NCBI GenBank assembly: GCA_003693705.1
Contig: RBZT01000562.1
Span: 2,985-66,984, forward strand
Direction: 5' to 3'
From: Polymyxa betae A26-41
Taxonomy: Eukaryota > Protista > Endomyxa: Phytomyxea
Length of the DNA stretch: 64,000 nt
Below are positions 61,370 through 64,000 of the stretch, piece after piece (position 1 is the first letter of the stretch; each line of letters starts with the position of its first letter). A model generated the notes under the pieces. That model saw only the letters and a program-made list of their open reading frames with translations. It did no database searches and had not been told where the DNA came from. The position numbers and the translations under genes are program-made.

Positions 61370-63130
61370 ATGTCAGAATTAACACTGCTCGCGATCCGTG
61401 CCCAAAAGCTTTACAGCTTCTAAGACAGCGACAAGCTTGAGACCGACTTCTAGGCCACACGACAAACCCTTCTGTGTTCTGGATGTCGACTTGATGGGCA
61501 TTCGGGCGATTTTGCTTGATGGCGCCCTGATAAGTCAGAGCTGATTGACAGGCTTCGTGATTGGCGACAATTTCCGTCCTTGAACTCCTCGATGAGGGCA
61601 TTGTTCTCGCGGTGCCGGCGACCTACAATGCGAGAATTAGAAGCTATTTGCAATACCACGCTTGAACTGCGACAAACGGTGTATAGCGCCTCTCCAGAGG
61701 TTGTATGCAGATGATAACCGTCTTCGTAGCTACTTATCAAGGAGCAAATTAACAAGCATAACAAACCCTAGTAACAAAAGCTAGGATATTGAAACAACCC
61801 GAAATCAAGTAAAACGCTTAGAATTACTTTGAAGTGATTCGCAAATGGTGATAGGCGGCCGTCCTTCGTAGCTTGAATAGAATTGTCTAATCTGTGTGTC
61901 AAACATCAAAGCGATAATGTAGAATTCCAAGAAGACCATAAGTTGAGTGGATGTTGGACCATCATCGAGCAAACAATAGCCCCAGGAGATAGGATTTTCG
62001 CCCGGTACGACATATTACTGCCCATCTGCTGTTGACCGCTAACTTTCCAGCGGCGATCGCTCATAATCGAGAGAAAAGCAAAATATTCGAAACTGCGGAA
62101 CTGCCAAAAGGAAAGGAGATGAAAAGAAATGGGGAAACAATGCGTTAACAGTGAAAATTCTCAGTACAGTAACAGATAGTATAACATGTGGATGGGTGAA
62201 GAAATTCAGTTTAGTTGCTACAACGAAGGTGTCCTGGGACTTCGCGGCTTTTCCATAGTCTTGTCTATTCGTGCAGCGGCCAGCACGATACAGGGCCATT
62301 CGGCCTGTAAAGGATAAACTTAAGCTGCTGCCGTACCTGATGATCTCCGAGCTTGATCACCAACATCCGTCGAAATCTGTTGTGGGCAGGCGAAATCCGG
62401 TCAGCAGGAATCCGTATTAATAGAGCGCCGCCTGTTGACCAAATCAACGAACTAGAATAATCCAATCCAATCCAATCCAGCAGGAATCCGTCGCTGCTCA
62501 CCGTCATGCTCACGTCACAACAGTTTCGAGACTGCCTTCGTTTTGATGGCGACATTGACCAGTGCAGTATGATAATTGTCTGTTCCTTGGGGCTGATAAA
62601 ATAATGAATTAAACTTACGTATTGCGTTAAAGGTCAATTGCTTTGACAAACTAACAGACAGACGATTCCGACTTTGATCAACACGGGCGCTATTTTCTCA
62701 ACGACATCCATCATGCTTGATCAGGACCACAGCACTCTTTTAAGACTCCAAACGTACTAGCAGTTGTCTGGAAACCGGATGACTGAGCAAGGGAAGCCAT
62801 GGTTATTGCAAGCTTCATCTTGCGAGCGTTGATGGCAGGAAGCAAGTTGAGCCCGAGCTCGGAGGCAATAGACGCTATCCTGGTTTGCGTAGCCTCGAAT
62901 GAGCAACTATTCATACAAAGATTGGAATGGGACCATCGATCTCCACTTCCAGAATAAACCTGGTCCCAAGTTTTATTTGGAAAAGTTGCCTGCTTTGCTC
63001 TTGGGTCGTTTAGGTCGTCTCCCGTCTGCAAGAAGCACGGATAGTGTCGATTGCAGGCACCCAACAATGGCCTGAACGATGGCAACTTCTCCTTCCAAAG
63101 AGGATCCTTCATCTACTTCTTGAAAGGCGA
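61370..63130 (-). mobile_element. Possible decayed DNA-transposon (CACTA/EnSpm-like) or other pseudogene remnant
   Basis: Multiple broken frames with weak motifs (VSSDGF...YSS, GPVSCW, KSQDTFV); no TIR/TSD found. Confidence 0.2.
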
Positions 63131-63370
63131 CCATCTCATTTTTGCGTTCCGATGAGATTGCGTTTATACAACTTCAAAAAGAAAATCGTTGAAAAATGCC
63201 GAACAAAACGTAGATTCATCACACTTCGCACTTTTTTTCAATTCTTGCGGAAGCTTTGTTGCAACCGAGTCTCTGCTTCTATCGACCCATTTCCTGCTTT
63301 TCTGCTGCGGTGTCTGTTATCAAGTGATCATAAAGCACAATCCCGACGACATTCCAGACCAAGGTAAACT

Positions 63371-63679
63371 ATGGCACAGAATTGTCAGAATGTCCAGGGC
63401 GACTTCATCATGCTGACTCTGGATCCGATAATCCATCAATTGGAAGTCATCAAGGCAGGACTGCTTGAAGGAGACACTCACAAATGGAAAGACCTTCAGG
63501 CAGCTGTAACACAGGTTATAAATCTAAAGCCGAATATGTCTGCAACAATGTGGGATTATATCTTCTTTCCGTTGTCTGTTGTGGAAAGACTAGATGAGAA
63601 CAACCGCTCACATAACGAAGCTGCCACTCGGATATGCGCCCGAGTTGTTGGGAACTATAAGCACTACTTTTCTGCATAA
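63371..63679 (+). CDS. Short ORF with a TTI1-like N-terminal motif (DYIFFPL); fragment or first exon
   Basis: A single remembered motif only. Confidence 0.25.
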   Translation: MAQNCQNVQGDFIMLTLDPIIHQLEVIKAGLLEGDTHKWKDLQAAVTQVINLKPNMSATMWDYIFFPLSVVERLDENNRSHNEAATRICARVVGNYKHYFSA

Positions 63680-64000
63680 TTTGATGAATAGTCTATAACA
63701 TGCATGACTCTCCAGAATTGGATACCATAACTTTACAGATAGCAATTATGTTGTAAATGTATGAGGAATAATATGAAATCGAATCGCATAGTTTTTGAAA
63801 AATCTGACCGATCATCTTCTGCACAAAGCGATTTCTGCGCTCTGGCTAAGTCCCGAAATCTTTTCTGAGTGTCATGGTTGACAGATTGTTTGAAAATATT
63901 GTGTAATGATATTTATCTGTATAGAAAACCGCTTTAATACAGAAAGACGAATGGCGTCATCGGTATATAAAAGAAATAACTAACAAGACGACAAGAGACG

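Overview
Gene-dense eukaryotic DNA with short GT-AG introns (mostly about 45-60 nt), tiny intergenic gaps, flagellar genes (CFAP46-like, TTLL) and interstitial TTT(T)AGGG repeats. This is consistent with a compact-genome flagellated protist, possibly a plasmodiophorid/phytomyxid (inference only). Conserved genes: STK32/YANK-like kinase, tRNA-Ser(GCT), Aurora kinase, NAT10, USP48, TTLL, ERGIC-53-like lectin, SPATA5-like AAA ATPase, RbfA, a MYND protein, NOP2, a BTB protein, PP1, CFAP46, an SDR and a C2H2 protein. Most unusual elements: (1) a prolyl-4-hydroxylase fused to a VHL-beta-like hydroxyproline-reader domain; (2) short introns built from telomeric repeats, one present in only one of three paralogues, with opposite strand polarity to the promoter telo-boxes; (3) long introns with about 10-bp-phased A/T tracts (PATC-like) inside GC-rich genes; (4) an orphan, highly structured TATA...T6 ncRNA candidate; (5) a four-member family of LamG-like + SUEL-lectin + mucin-stalk surface receptors; (6) a secreted RING cluster with two dead paralogues; (7) a PUB-PP2C fusion; (8) a homologue of the cyanobacterial/plastid At5g03900 family. 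All gene models and family assignments were made by eye, without database searches.
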